Virus record (IMG/VR): IMGVR_UViG_3300045988_115074
Coordinates: 64,001 to 128,000 of that record
DNA from: a virus
Strand: one strand, 5' to 3'
Length of the DNA: 64,000 bases
In this document: positions 44,832 through 54,702 of the stretch, piece by piece
Layout: the number at the start of each line of letters is the position of its first letter
Position numbering within the stretch: position 1 is the stretch's first letter
Notes under the pieces: model-generated
What the model was told of the DNA's origin: nothing
Databases searched by the model: none
Seen by the model: the letters and a program-made list of their open reading frames with translations, nothing else
Made by a program: the position numbers and the translations under genes

Positions 44832-45566
44832 ATGTCTAAAAATAAAGACGCTAAGCGTAAAGCTAAACTGAAAGCCCGTAAAGCTACTACAGGCACAGTA
44901 GTAAATCGTAAGAATACTCTTGGTTTAGATGCCAATGGTAATAAGAAAATGAACGCTACTGTCACAGGTTCTTTAATGACTGATTTGTTTGAGGAGCAAA
45001 TCACTCAACGCATCGGTTCTAAAAACATTGAAGAACTCTGTACTACCATGAAATCCAATATGGATAAATTCCTGGTAGGTACACGCGAGAAAGACAGTAT
45101 GCAAGACTACTGTTTCTTAACAGAGAATGTCTATGTCTCCAAAGTGTTACTAGAACTTATCAATAAATACATTGAGTCTGATGACCTGGCAGACCAAATT
45201 AAGATTAATGAAATTAAGACTAACATGAAAAAATCTCTTCAAGACATGGAAGGTTTGATTATTCGTATTTGGCCTCAAGCAGTACGTCGTCAGAAGTCTT
45301 TTGTATTTGTATCTGAATTAGGTAAGAGTGCTAAACCTATCGTAGATGAATACATTAAATGCTTTAAAGAGATGTTGGGTATTTGCGATGTTGGTATTTT
45401 CCAAAAAGCGTGTCGTGTTACTATGGCTCGCTTAGGTAATGAAAACTACCAAGAAGAGAATATTAAGTATTATCGTATTCGAGAAGGCTATCAACTTTAT
45501 CGTGAACAAAAAGCATACTACTTAGATAACTATGTAGAAGAGATTGCTAACGATAAAGCAGCTTAA
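44832..45566 (+). CDS. hypothetical protein (244 aa) with highly basic N-terminus
   Basis: MSKNKDAKRKAKLKARKATTG...; AAAGGAA RBS. Confidence 0.8.
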   Translation: MSKNKDAKRKAKLKARKATTGTVVNRKNTLGLDANGNKKMNATVTGSLMTDLFEEQITQRIGSKNIEELCTTMKSNMDKFLVGTREKDSMQDYCFLTENVYVSKVLLELINKYIESDDLADQIKINEIKTNMKKSLQDMEGLIIRIWPQAVRRQKSFVFVSELGKSAKPIVDEYIKCFKEMLGICDVGIFQKACRVTMARLGNENYQEENIKYYRIREGYQLYREQKAYYLDNYVEEIANDKAA

Positions 45567-45573
45567 ATAAAAG

Positions 45574-45607
45574 TAGGTAGTGAACTAATCTCACTACCTA
45601 TTTTTTT
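45574..45607 (+). terminator. intrinsic terminator
   Basis: 10-bp stem taggtagtga / tcactaccta followed by T7. Confidence 0.8.
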
Positions 45608-45614
45608 GAATATT

Positions 45615-45646
45615 TTCAAACCTATATTATTAAACTGAGATATCTC
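45615..45646 (+). promoter_or_regulatory. consensus promoter core (P12) with short palindrome
   Basis: ttcaaacctatattattaaactg, then gagatatctc. Confidence 0.5.
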
Positions 45647-45676
45647 GATTAACTTTTTATATAAAGGAATTTAAAA

Positions 45677-46141
45677 ATGGAAACTGTAACTGTAGAAAAA
45701 CTGAATAAAGAATTCAAAGTAGAAGTACTTCAAGGTACTCCTAAACATTCTGACATTAAGAAATTACTGAAAAGTGATTTTAATTTTATCAAAGGCATTT
45801 GTGAAGTATACATCTTAGAGCGTCATAACCGAATTGCTTCTGTTAAGATATTATTAACAGATGGTTTTATCATTACTTCTCTATTGGAGATTGGTAAAGG
45901 TAAGAATCTGGTTAATGAGATTAATAGCTTGGCTACTACAGCAATGCGTCAAGTGTATAATTCTGGTTCTTTCTTTATTCCAGGTGATATGACATTTGAA
46001 CAATTTAAAGATTCTTATGCTGATAAGGTTAGTGCCACATTACCTATTATTTCTAAACAATTAGAAACTAAGATGAAATATCTTCATTCTAATATTGAAG
46101 AGAATATGGAAACTTTCCGATTTATTGCTAAAATAGCATAA
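45677..46141 (+). CDS. hypothetical protein (154 aa)
   Basis: Consensus cassette upstream. Confidence 0.8.
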   Translation: METVTVEKLNKEFKVEVLQGTPKHSDIKKLLKSDFNFIKGICEVYILERHNRIASVKILLTDGFIITSLLEIGKGKNLVNEINSLATTAMRQVYNSGSFFIPGDMTFEQFKDSYADKVSATLPIISKQLETKMKYLHSNIEENMETFRFIAKIA

Positions 46142-46162
46142 TTTTTTAAAAGGAAATCTAAA

Positions 46163-47869
46163 ATGGAAATTAGATTTAACTTAAGTAAATATTTTCGTAA
46201 AGAAAATGACCCATTGTTTAAAGATGGTAAACTTTGTCTTTATACAGACACTAAGTCAGAAGATTATCCAGATGAAGTAGTGAATACATTTGCAGATACT
46301 CTGATTGATTATTATTGTCTGCATAGTTTGAATAAAATGGCAGAAAGAATGAATAAGTTTAAACTTCATTCATTCAATATAGAAATAAACAACCATCTCT
46401 CAATTAGCTTCGCTGAAATTTATCAACATGTATTTGTTTACAATGAATACGATATGTATACAGATACTAAAATTGAACTAACAGAGGAGCAAAAAGAATG
46501 TAATGTACTCTGTGGTGAATTTAATAAACTATTTGATCGTGTTTGTGATGTAATCTATCGTAAAACAGGTTTCTGGTGTAACCGTATTCGTTATTCCTAT
46601 TCTGCTTATTGGAATGTAGCTGTATCTAAGTATTCTACAGAAAACATCACTTCGAGTATGGGGCAGAAGATGTTATCTATCCTAAATGGTGGCGATATTT
46701 TTACCATTAGAATAGAAAATGAAAATGGTGAATTGTTCTTACCTACTTACGAGCCTATTTTAGTAGATTATGATTTTATCGCCCCTACAAGAGCAATCAA
46801 TTTAACCGGTTTTAATGGGTTAGGGTTTACCTTTAAAAAATCAGGTAAAGAACATACTCCGTACTTTAGTAATCCTAGTATGTTCCTTGGTTATTTAGAA
46901 AGGTTAGGTTATACTGGTCGTATTGTGATTGTGAAACAGAATATTAGTGATGTTATTCGTCTTGATGATTGTATTGCTGGTAATTCTATCAATGTTAAAT
47001 ATGTTGAAGAACTTAATAGCGATAATAAAGTACTCGATGATGTTTATTCTGAGGAAACTAAGTCTATCTTTAGTGACGCTCTTTATAAACACATTGGTGT
47101 TCTTAATTACGATGAAGAACCTTTCCCTAGTAGTTACATTAATCCAAGTATATTGTTCGATATTCCTGATGGAGCTATTTACAGAGAGGGTGAGATTTTC
47201 GAAGCAATAAAACAAATTGCCAAGAAACCTTCTGAAGGTGAATATCTAGTAGATTTCAAAGGTGAGTTAGTTACTGTTTGTGAATTACTAGACAGAATCT
47301 CTGAAAAAGAATTCTTAACTATATTGAATATTCATGCCAATGGTTTAGATAACTACACTAATACTTCACGTGAATACTTAAATAATGGCGCCATTATTTA
47401 CTATAATGTAAATAAGGTATTTGGTCGAGGATTTAATAAATTCTTCGAAAACAATGTACGCGAAGAGAAATTGGTAAAATTCAGTCCTACTGAACTTGAG
47501 TTGTTTGTTAAAAATCACCCTAGTGTTTTTGCTGTTCGAACAGCAAGAAAGAATACCAATATCATTCGAGTAGATGTGGATGATAATGGAAATCGTATTG
47601 CTGGATTTAAGAATTGTGATTTAATTATCACTTCTAAAGAATCCTTGCAAGAGTATTTACACAATACTAAGAACATTAATGATGGTAACTATAATCTATC
47701 TAATGTATATAATTATGGTGTAAATATCAATCTTAGCATGGTTGGTACTGATGGTGAGGTAGTATATTTTTACGATATCTACCGCCATCGTGAAACTGGT
47801 AATATCTATATCTCACTTAAAGATAAACCATTCTATCGCCCTATCCCTCTTAACTTTAAATTTGATTAA
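46163..47869 (+). CDS. paralog family B member 1 (568 aa)
   Basis: Shares DGKLCLYTDTKSEDYPDEV, ISFAEIYQHVF and a C-terminal YRPIPLNFKF with 49956, and the ISF..I..VF block with 48183. Confidence 0.85.
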   Translation: MEIRFNLSKYFRKENDPLFKDGKLCLYTDTKSEDYPDEVVNTFADTLIDYYCLHSLNKMAERMNKFKLHSFNIEINNHLSISFAEIYQHVFVYNEYDMYTDTKIELTEEQKECNVLCGEFNKLFDRVCDVIYRKTGFWCNRIRYSYSAYWNVAVSKYSTENITSSMGQKMLSILNGGDIFTIRIENENGELFLPTYEPILVDYDFIAPTRAINLTGFNGLGFTFKKSGKEHTPYFSNPSMFLGYLERLGYTGRIVIVKQNISDVIRLDDCIAGNSINVKYVEELNSDNKVLDDVYSEETKSIFSDALYKHIGVLNYDEEPFPSSYINPSILFDIPDGAIYREGEIFEAIKQIAKKPSEGEYLVDFKGELVTVCELLDRISEKEFLTILNIHANGLDNYTNTSREYLNNGAIIYYNVNKVFGRGFNKFFENNVREEKLVKFSPTELELFVKNHPSVFAVRTARKNTNIIRVDVDDNGNRIAGFKNCDLIITSKESLQEYLHNTKNINDGNYNLSNVYNYGVNINLSMVGTDGEVVYFYDIYRHRETGNIYISLKDKPFYRPIPLNFKFD

Positions 47870-47930
47870 TTCTTAATGTATAATTACTCTATGGGTAATT
47901 TATATTCTCTTTTTATAAAGGAAACTTAAA

Positions 47931-48170
47931 ATGAATAAACTTTTTATTTTATTGGCTTTGTCTGTTTGCGCTTGTGCTATACAAAAGGTAGAATCTACAC
48001 CTGTTACTCCTACTGAAGAAAACAACATGAATGTAGAAGTACAAATCAACGAAGACTCTGGCATTATGTGTAAAGAAAATAACAGCATTGCCTGCAATGA
48101 GATTCGCGATTATTGTTTTAATAACGATAAAGACGAAGACTGTGTTGCTTTTGCTAAATTCTCTAAATAA
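47931..48170 (+). CDS. small lipoprotein or secreted protein (79 aa)
   Basis: Signal-like MNKLFILLALSVCAC with a possible lipobox; AAAGGAA RBS. Confidence 0.65.
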   Translation: MNKLFILLALSVCACAIQKVESTPVTPTEENNMNVEVQINEDSGIMCKENNSIACNEIRDYCFNNDKDEDCVAFAKFSK

Positions 48171-48182
48171 GGAGATACTAAG

Positions 48183-49895
48183 ATGGATATGGTTAAGTTC
48201 GTTCAAGACGGTATTAAACAAGCTAATAAAAACCAAAAGACATTACAAGCTATTGTCGATATTCTTTTCGACGGTACTGTAGATGTGAATTCAAATATTA
48301 CCATCAATGGTTTGCGTAATGATTTTGGTGATAAACATCGTTTCACTGTAATCAATGACATTGTTGTAATTAGTTTTACTGATATCTTTCATGCAGTATT
48401 TAATTACTGCACTGTAAACCACGAGCATGTTAAAAGAGCTATTGGTAAACTCATTGAACAAACCAAAGACAAATACCCAATTAAAGTAATCAGTAGACCT
48501 AGTAGTAAACTAATATCTGGTATTGGTACTGAACCTACACTTATCGTCAGTGGTTTTACAGAAGAAGAATTAAACATTCTTCGCGGTAACTCTGCTAAAC
48601 CTAATAGGTTAACTAATGGTAAATATAATAACCACAAGTTTGCTCTTATTGAAAAAGAAGCTAAACCTGGCTCTAATTATATTATCTTCGATGATATTGA
48701 AACTTTGCAATTATACAAAGACAATATCAAAGACCAATACGGTATTGAGTCTGAAGTGTATCACATCGATACAAATAACTTTGATTTAGAAAAAGTAAAC
48801 CTATACGGTAAATTGTACGAAGGTTATTATTTCACATCAGAATCTCTACCTATGGTGAAGATAGAGTTTACACCGTTTGATGGTTATGCTACTAAGTCTG
48901 TTTTTGAAGATATTATCATTGTCTCTGGTTGTTATCTCTCTGACGATATTGAATATTACGAAGATATTGATAACTTCATTAAAAACCATGGTGGTAAGGA
49001 TGTAAATGGTTTTGAACCTGCTTCTATTAGAATCTATCATGGCGATGCTTGTGATTACATCCTAGCTTATAAGAAACCATTAAACAATGATGCTAACATT
49101 ATTCCATTTGTTTTATTCCAAGAGTTTATTAATTCTAGTGAAACCATTAAACGAGTTATTAATGATGATATCATTATCTATATCGATGATTTGAAATCTG
49201 AATTCTTAGAATTTATTAAGACTTACGATAATCCTAAAAACTTATATGGTTTAACTGAGAGACTTTCTAAAGTTAAACAATATATTAAAGACGGTATTAT
49301 CGGAGTAGGATATCTTGGGTATTATATTGAAAAGGCGAGTGCTTATGCTTATGGTAGTAAATTAGACTATTGCTATAGTAGAATTAACGATAAACGAATT
49401 ATCTTCCCTAAGGGTGTTGATGACAATGGTATCACTTCAACTACAATCCGTATTATCAAAGACAATCAAGATTTGGTATATGGAGATATAATCGAAACTA
49501 GTACTGATTTTGATGAAGATACAACCATTGGTGTTTTTATCAACAGTGTTATCGATAATAGCGTACTTATTGATAAACATGCTAATTATCTTTACGCCAG
49601 TGTCGCTTGTGATGAGAAAGTTACTAAAGCAATTGTCGATGAAAGCGACTATTCCGATTTCGGTATCTGGAAAGAGAAAAACATTAGCACTTATCGTGGT
49701 AGTGTATTTGGTATGTGTGAATTTACTCAAGGTAAAGATGCGTGTTTCGGCCATCAAGTTAAATTCTACACGATTAAAGAGTTGTTAGAAATGGGATGTG
49801 TCGTTTCCCGTTTAGATAAAACCTCTTATGCTGTAAGTGGTTTTGTTGATTTAGACGATTCTTTAATTAAAGAATATCAAATTACCCGTTTGTAA
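48183..49895 (+). CDS. paralog family B member 2 (570 aa), most divergent
   Basis: VVISFTDIFHAVFNY aligns with LSISFAEIYQHVFVY of 46163; same length class. Confidence 0.85.
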   Translation: MDMVKFVQDGIKQANKNQKTLQAIVDILFDGTVDVNSNITINGLRNDFGDKHRFTVINDIVVISFTDIFHAVFNYCTVNHEHVKRAIGKLIEQTKDKYPIKVISRPSSKLISGIGTEPTLIVSGFTEEELNILRGNSAKPNRLTNGKYNNHKFALIEKEAKPGSNYIIFDDIETLQLYKDNIKDQYGIESEVYHIDTNNFDLEKVNLYGKLYEGYYFTSESLPMVKIEFTPFDGYATKSVFEDIIIVSGCYLSDDIEYYEDIDNFIKNHGGKDVNGFEPASIRIYHGDACDYILAYKKPLNNDANIIPFVLFQEFINSSETIKRVINDDIIIYIDDLKSEFLEFIKTYDNPKNLYGLTERLSKVKQYIKDGIIGVGYLGYYIEKASAYAYGSKLDYCYSRINDKRIIFPKGVDDNGITSTTIRIIKDNQDLVYGDIIETSTDFDEDTTIGVFINSVIDNSVLIDKHANYLYASVACDEKVTKAIVDESDYSDFGIWKEKNISTYRGSVFGMCEFTQGKDACFGHQVKFYTIKELLEMGCVVSRLDKTSYAVSGFVDLDDSLIKEYQITRL

Positions 49896-49902
49896 TAAAT
49901 AG

Positions 49903-49929
49903 AGAGTGCCTACACAGGCACTCTTTTTC
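49903..49929 (+). terminator. intrinsic terminator
   Basis: 8-bp stem agagtgcc / ggcactct followed by ttttt. Confidence 0.7.
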
Positions 49930-49955
49930 TTAGCTTTTATTAAAAGGAAATCAAA

Positions 49956-51638
49956 ATGAATCTTAACACTGATTTTAAACCTGTCACTGACTCCCCAAAA
50001 GAACCTGGTACTCGACCAATCTATACTGATGGTTGCTTGTATTGGTATTTGGATTCTAGATCAGATGATTATCCTAATGAAATCATCCAAGATATTGTCA
50101 ATGGGATTGTAAACAATTACAATCTTCTTGATTTAGATAAGATGTATCGCAAACTTGTTTATCCTAATGCTAACTATATCGAACTTCCCATCCATGTTGG
50201 TTACAATTCTTATAACATTATGTGTGCTAAATACGATGAACCTGAAAAGCAAGAAAAATTGCTGAAAGAACAGGAGTTATTAGAAGTAGCAAATGTTGAA
50301 ATATCTAAATTAATTAACCGAATTATCAGTAAATTGGAAAAACAAACTGGTTTTGGTTTTATTAAAGATAATTCGTTCGATGATAACTATGTGTTACACA
50401 TTAAGGCTTCTAAATGGGCAGCGTACATCTTGCCTCAAGATATCGTCAGATACATCAATGTCAACACATGTGAAAATGATAAGGTTATTACAGTTTGGTT
50501 GAAAGATAAAGATGGTGAATTCTATTTGCCTTCATTCACTATGCCTGAAGTAGAATACGAATACCTCGCGCCTTTCTCTCGGTATGATGAAAAATATTGT
50601 AATAAAGATATTGCTTTCACTGTAAAACCAGGACGCAATAGTTATGTCAATATATTCACGACAGGATACGATATTGAACGATATCTACAAAATATTAACT
50701 ATACTGGTGAATATTGCATTAGTGTAACTGATATTTCAAATGCTGATTTATCTAAGTATGTTTTAACTAACCTATATATCAGCCGTGAGTTGATTGAACC
50801 ACTACGTGACGATAATAGTGTTACTTTATCTGTAGGTAAAAATACTATTAACATTCCTGATACTATCAAGAAAATGTTAAATCAACGGACTGAGATAAAA
50901 GAAGATACTCTTTCTGATTATGTTGATATATTTATCAGCCTAGGTGCTCAGAGTAAGATTTATCCTAGGTTACCTAAAGATGCAGTATTTACAGATAACA
51001 CCTTATTTGATAGCATTAAAGAAAACATCAAGAATACTTTTGGTATTCATAAAGACGAAATGATTTTTAATAGGAAAGGAAAACCTATTAACATTGATGA
51101 AGTTCTAGCTAATGTTACTGAAAAAGAATTCTTTGATAACTTTAAATTCAAATTCTTCTATAAACGCTATCATGAAGAAAGGAAGATTAATACAATTACA
51201 CTAAACAATGGTTGTGTTATCTACAATAAACCAAACCCATTTAATAGAAAAGATGTGTTTAGTTGTTTCGAGGGTAAACATATCAATGTTAAGAATATTC
51301 GACCATTTAATTTTGATGCAAAACAAGAGTATGTTTATCTACTTACCAACTTACGAGAACAAGAGTATTTTGTTAAAGTAGAGAAAAACGAATCTGGTTT
51401 GAAAATCCCTTCATTCAAAAGTTGTTCAGAAATATTCTTAACAGCAGAAGATTGTGAGAAATACCTTAAAGAAGCTTCTGAAAATGGTAAAGATACTTCA
51501 GGTATTTACTTTAGTAAATTAGATTTGAATAGAGGTGATGTTCGTGGTTACTTCAAAGACATTTCTACTGGTAAACTCTATAGTGAATATACTGAAATTG
51601 ATTATGTAACACCTATCCCTATGAATATTAAATTCTGA
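49956..51638 (+). CDS. paralog family B member 3 (560 aa)
   Basis: DGCLYWYLDSRSDDYPNEI and C-terminal YVTPIPMNIKF match 46163. Confidence 0.85.
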   Translation: MNLNTDFKPVTDSPKEPGTRPIYTDGCLYWYLDSRSDDYPNEIIQDIVNGIVNNYNLLDLDKMYRKLVYPNANYIELPIHVGYNSYNIMCAKYDEPEKQEKLLKEQELLEVANVEISKLINRIISKLEKQTGFGFIKDNSFDDNYVLHIKASKWAAYILPQDIVRYINVNTCENDKVITVWLKDKDGEFYLPSFTMPEVEYEYLAPFSRYDEKYCNKDIAFTVKPGRNSYVNIFTTGYDIERYLQNINYTGEYCISVTDISNADLSKYVLTNLYISRELIEPLRDDNSVTLSVGKNTINIPDTIKKMLNQRTEIKEDTLSDYVDIFISLGAQSKIYPRLPKDAVFTDNTLFDSIKENIKNTFGIHKDEMIFNRKGKPINIDEVLANVTEKEFFDNFKFKFFYKRYHEERKINTITLNNGCVIYNKPNPFNRKDVFSCFEGKHINVKNIRPFNFDAKQEYVYLLTNLREQEYFVKVEKNESGLKIPSFKSCSEIFLTAEDCEKYLKEASENGKDTSGIYFSKLDLNRGDVRGYFKDISTGKLYSEYTEIDYVTPIPMNIKF

Positions 51639-51658
51639 TTTACCTAAATAACATAATC

Positions 51659-51696
51659 TACTCTATACAGTACCTTAACGGGTACTGTATAGAGTA
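51659..51696. terminator. bidirectional terminator between convergent genes
   Basis: 16-bp stem tactctatacagtacc / ggtactgtatagagta. Confidence 0.8.
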
Positions 51697-51715
51697 ATAT
51701 GTTTTACTTTATTTT

Positions 51716-53851
51716 TTAGAACATTTTAAAGTCTTTAATACTAGGGATACCTCTAGTAACCATATCAGGTAAGAAGTGGTCTATAGTCAGTTTAGATACT
51801 ACTTCCATCTCACCTTTCTTATCACCCATTAAGATACTTACTTGTTCTTCAGACCATTTTAAGATATCTAAGTTTCGTGTAGAAATGTTTTCTTCACCAC
51901 CTGTATCTAATGTTACTTCGTATAAGTGTACATCTTTAGTCTGATCAATACGATTAGCACGTTTAACTGCTTGATCGTAGGTACCAGACCTAAAGGGTAA
52001 ATTTAAGAAGATTACTGTATTGGCTTCTGTTAAAGGCACTGCTTCTGACAATGTTTTAAATGTCGTAATCAAAGGATTAATCTTACTGTTTTCTTTAAAC
52101 TGTTTAACTTGATTAGAGAGACCAATAGTTGTTGTTGTTTCACCAAAGATAGTAATAGGGTGGAAACCTTCTTCTGTTAAGATTTCATTACAGCGTTTTA
52201 ATACATCTACATAATCTGTAAAGATTAATGTTTTTGCTTCAGCATCACGAATGACTTCACCTAGATTTGTTTCGTAAGTTTCTTTACTCTCTTCATTCAC
52301 TACAGTAAATGATTTGGCCATCGCTTCTACAATAGCTTTATTACACTCAGTTCTCTTACGTCCAATAACATTGCCTAGTGTTTCTCCAATAATCGTAAGT
52401 TCTACGTATTTATACACAGACTTAGCTTTTCTAAATATCTTCTTAGTCTTATTAGAAAGAATAGGAATAATTACTTTATCTTCAAAGTAATTACAATCAA
52501 TAATGTATTGTTTGTGTACTGGAGACTGTGGATTATATCCATCATGTAACTCTTTGGTTTTAGCTAGGTATTCATCTAATGCTATTTGCATCTTACTATC
52601 AAAGTTACTCCCTAGATTAACTTTAAACTCTTCAATACCTTCAAAATACTCTTCAATATACTCTTCTCTAAATTCATGATAAAAAGCAGTACGCTCTCTA
52701 ATGTATTTTTTCATTTCTTCACGAATAGTCGTTAAAGTATATTTCCAAGCATCAGGTAAGATTACTTTAGATTGATAGGTAAATTGTTCTACACCTGAAC
52801 CTTGAGCTTTAATGGTGGCTTTTACTAATTGTAAACGATTTGCCATAACACTAGCGGCATAGACACCAGAAATACCAAATACTGCGTTAAAAGATTTAAC
52901 CACTTCAGGTGTAAATAACTTATCAATAGTTTCAAACATTGTCATGGTTTCACTACCTAATGCTTTTAGTGGTGTACCAGACATCCATAAACAGAAATAA
53001 GGATTAACTATTTTATTCAATTCTCTAAACAATGTGGAGCGTTCTGATTTATAACTATTCAGATTATGGCCTTCATCACCTATTATACAGTATCTAGCGT
53101 TAGGTATATTTCTTAAACTAGCTACTAATTTATCCAGTGCTTCAAAGTGACAAACCATGAATTTACTGTCTAGAGAAAAATTAGCTAATTTAACTTTACC
53201 GCCCTTGACAGAATCAATAGAGAGATTATAAGTCTGTGGTTTACTGTAAATACGATTAATGGTCTCTTCCCATACGTCGATAACTGCTTTCTTAGGACAT
53301 ACGACAATAATCTTATCTGCGCCTAATAGTTCCATTAAAGCAATAGAATTAATAGTTTTACCTAAACCAGGCCCTGCGTCTAATAGATAGCCTCTTAAGT
53401 CCATTAACTTAGATTTAAATAAACAGTTATCGATAAACTTATCTTGATGTTCAAATAACTTAAATCCTGGTACGAATATATTCTTTAAAATAGATTTATT
53501 CACACTAGGAATATCTTCATCTTTGGTATTTTGAATTAACTTAATATTCTGTACCAAAGGAATAGTCTCAAACAATTCTTTTAATTTTTGTAATTTAGAA
53601 CGAGATACAATTCTACGTTTAAATTTATCATTGTTTAGTAATTCTAATACTACATGGTACATGTCAGGTAGATAGAATTTCTGGAATTTCATTTCCCATC
53701 TACCTGACTTATCTAAGATATTATAGAGCATCTTAGAACCAATGTATTTCTCAAAATCACGATATACTAGTTTTAGATTAATACCCTCTACAATGATTTG
53801 ATTTTTAGTAGTATCTTCTTTAATAGTCGGTGATTTAAATACTTCAAACAT
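51716..53851 (-). CDS. SNF2-family DEAD/DEAH-box helicase/ATPase
   Basis: Motif I DAGPGLGKT, II IIGDEGHNL, III MSGTPL, VI QAVKRANRIDQ. I prefer the start at 53851 (AAAAGGAA RBS) over the listed 53884. Confidence 0.8.
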   Translation of the reverse strand: MFEVFKSPTIKEDTTKNQIIVEGINLKLVYRDFEKYIGSKMLYNILDKSGRWEMKFQKFYLPDMYHVVLELLNNDKFKRRIVSRSKLQKLKELFETIPLVQNIKLIQNTKDEDIPSVNKSILKNIFVPGFKLFEHQDKFIDNCLFKSKLMDLRGYLLDAGPGLGKTINSIALMELLGADKIIVVCPKKAVIDVWEETINRIYSKPQTYNLSIDSVKGGKVKLANFSLDSKFMVCHFEALDKLVASLRNIPNARYCIIGDEGHNLNSYKSERSTLFRELNKIVNPYFCLWMSGTPLKALGSETMTMFETIDKLFTPEVVKSFNAVFGISGVYAASVMANRLQLVKATIKAQGSGVEQFTYQSKVILPDAWKYTLTTIREEMKKYIRERTAFYHEFREEYIEEYFEGIEEFKVNLGSNFDSKMQIALDEYLAKTKELHDGYNPQSPVHKQYIIDCNYFEDKVIIPILSNKTKKIFRKAKSVYKYVELTIIGETLGNVIGRKRTECNKAIVEAMAKSFTVVNEESKETYETNLGEVIRDAEAKTLIFTDYVDVLKRCNEILTEEGFHPITIFGETTTTIGLSNQVKQFKENSKINPLITTFKTLSEAVPLTEANTVIFLNLPFRSGTYDQAVKRANRIDQTKDVHLYEVTLDTGGEENISTRNLDILKWSEEQVSILMGDKKGEMEVVSKLTIDHFLPDMVTRGIPSIKDFKMF

Positions 53852-53919
53852 TTTGTTATTCCTTTTTACTATAAGGTTATTCATATCTTTCCATTGTCCT
53901 TTATACCTTAATCTAAGAT

Positions 53920-53966
53920 AATTTAAACCTATACTATTAAAGTGTACAAATCTATTAGATAGTACA
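53920..53966 (+). promoter_or_regulatory. consensus promoter core plus leader hairpin (P13)
   Basis: aatttaaacctatactattaaagtg, then a tgtac..atcta/tagat..gtaca hairpin. Confidence 0.55.
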
Positions 53967-54003
53967 TCTATTTATTATTAACTTATTTAAAGGAAACTAT
54001 AAA

Positions 54004-54618
54004 ATGGAAAAATTTGCATTCTTTGCACTAGGTTGTTTAATCTTAATTGGTATTGTGTTTTTCGTAGCAAACTTCATTGCCAAATTAGAAAAGTACAGTG
54101 AAGTATTACCTCATGATAAAAACATCAAAATCATCAATAAGATGATTAAGAAACCTGATATAATTAACAAACACCGTATCAAACGGATTGCTCAATCTTC
54201 TCAAACTACATCTGTAACAGGTATTACTAATCTGGAAGAACAAGACCGTACTGGTTTAGTTCGTCGTATTCTGATTGATTATTTCAATAAGAAAGAATTT
54301 AAGATTGGTACATTCCGCGATTATCGCTGGGGTGTAGACTTAACTTCTAAATTCATTGAAAAAGTATCTGATTCGGAAGCCATTGAAGCATTCTCTTTGT
54401 GTCTGTTAAGTACCGAATTTACTGATGATGGTAACTTTGGTAATACAATGATGGATACACATGTAGTACGTAAACTGGTATTAGATGTATACGTATGCTA
54501 CAAGTCTGTAGATTCTGAATCCAAACAATCCGATACGTATAAGACCTACGACTTGGATACCAACATCGAATTAATCGAAGTGGTAACAGGTGGTGACATC
54601 TTGTTGAATGGTGTTTAA
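54004..54618 (+). CDS. membrane-anchored protein (204 aa)
   Basis: N-terminal TM helix FFALGCLILIGIVFFVANFI; consensus promoter at 53920. Confidence 0.8.
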   Translation: MEKFAFFALGCLILIGIVFFVANFIAKLEKYSEVLPHDKNIKIINKMIKKPDIINKHRIKRIAQSSQTTSVTGITNLEEQDRTGLVRRILIDYFNKKEFKIGTFRDYRWGVDLTSKFIEKVSDSEAIEAFSLCLLSTEFTDDGNFGNTMMDTHVVRKLVLDVYVCYKSVDSESKQSDTYKTYDLDTNIELIEVVTGGDILLNGV

Positions 54619-54650
54619 CTCCGTTAAATAATGTTTAACATAAAGTATTA

Positions 54651-54684
54651 TACTACTCTCACTGGATATCCAGTGAGAGTAGTA
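54651..54684. terminator. bidirectional terminator between convergent genes
   Basis: 15-bp stem tactactctcactgg / ccagtgagagtagta, loop atat. Confidence 0.8.
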
Positions 54685-54702
54685 ATAGTATTATCTATTT
54701 TT

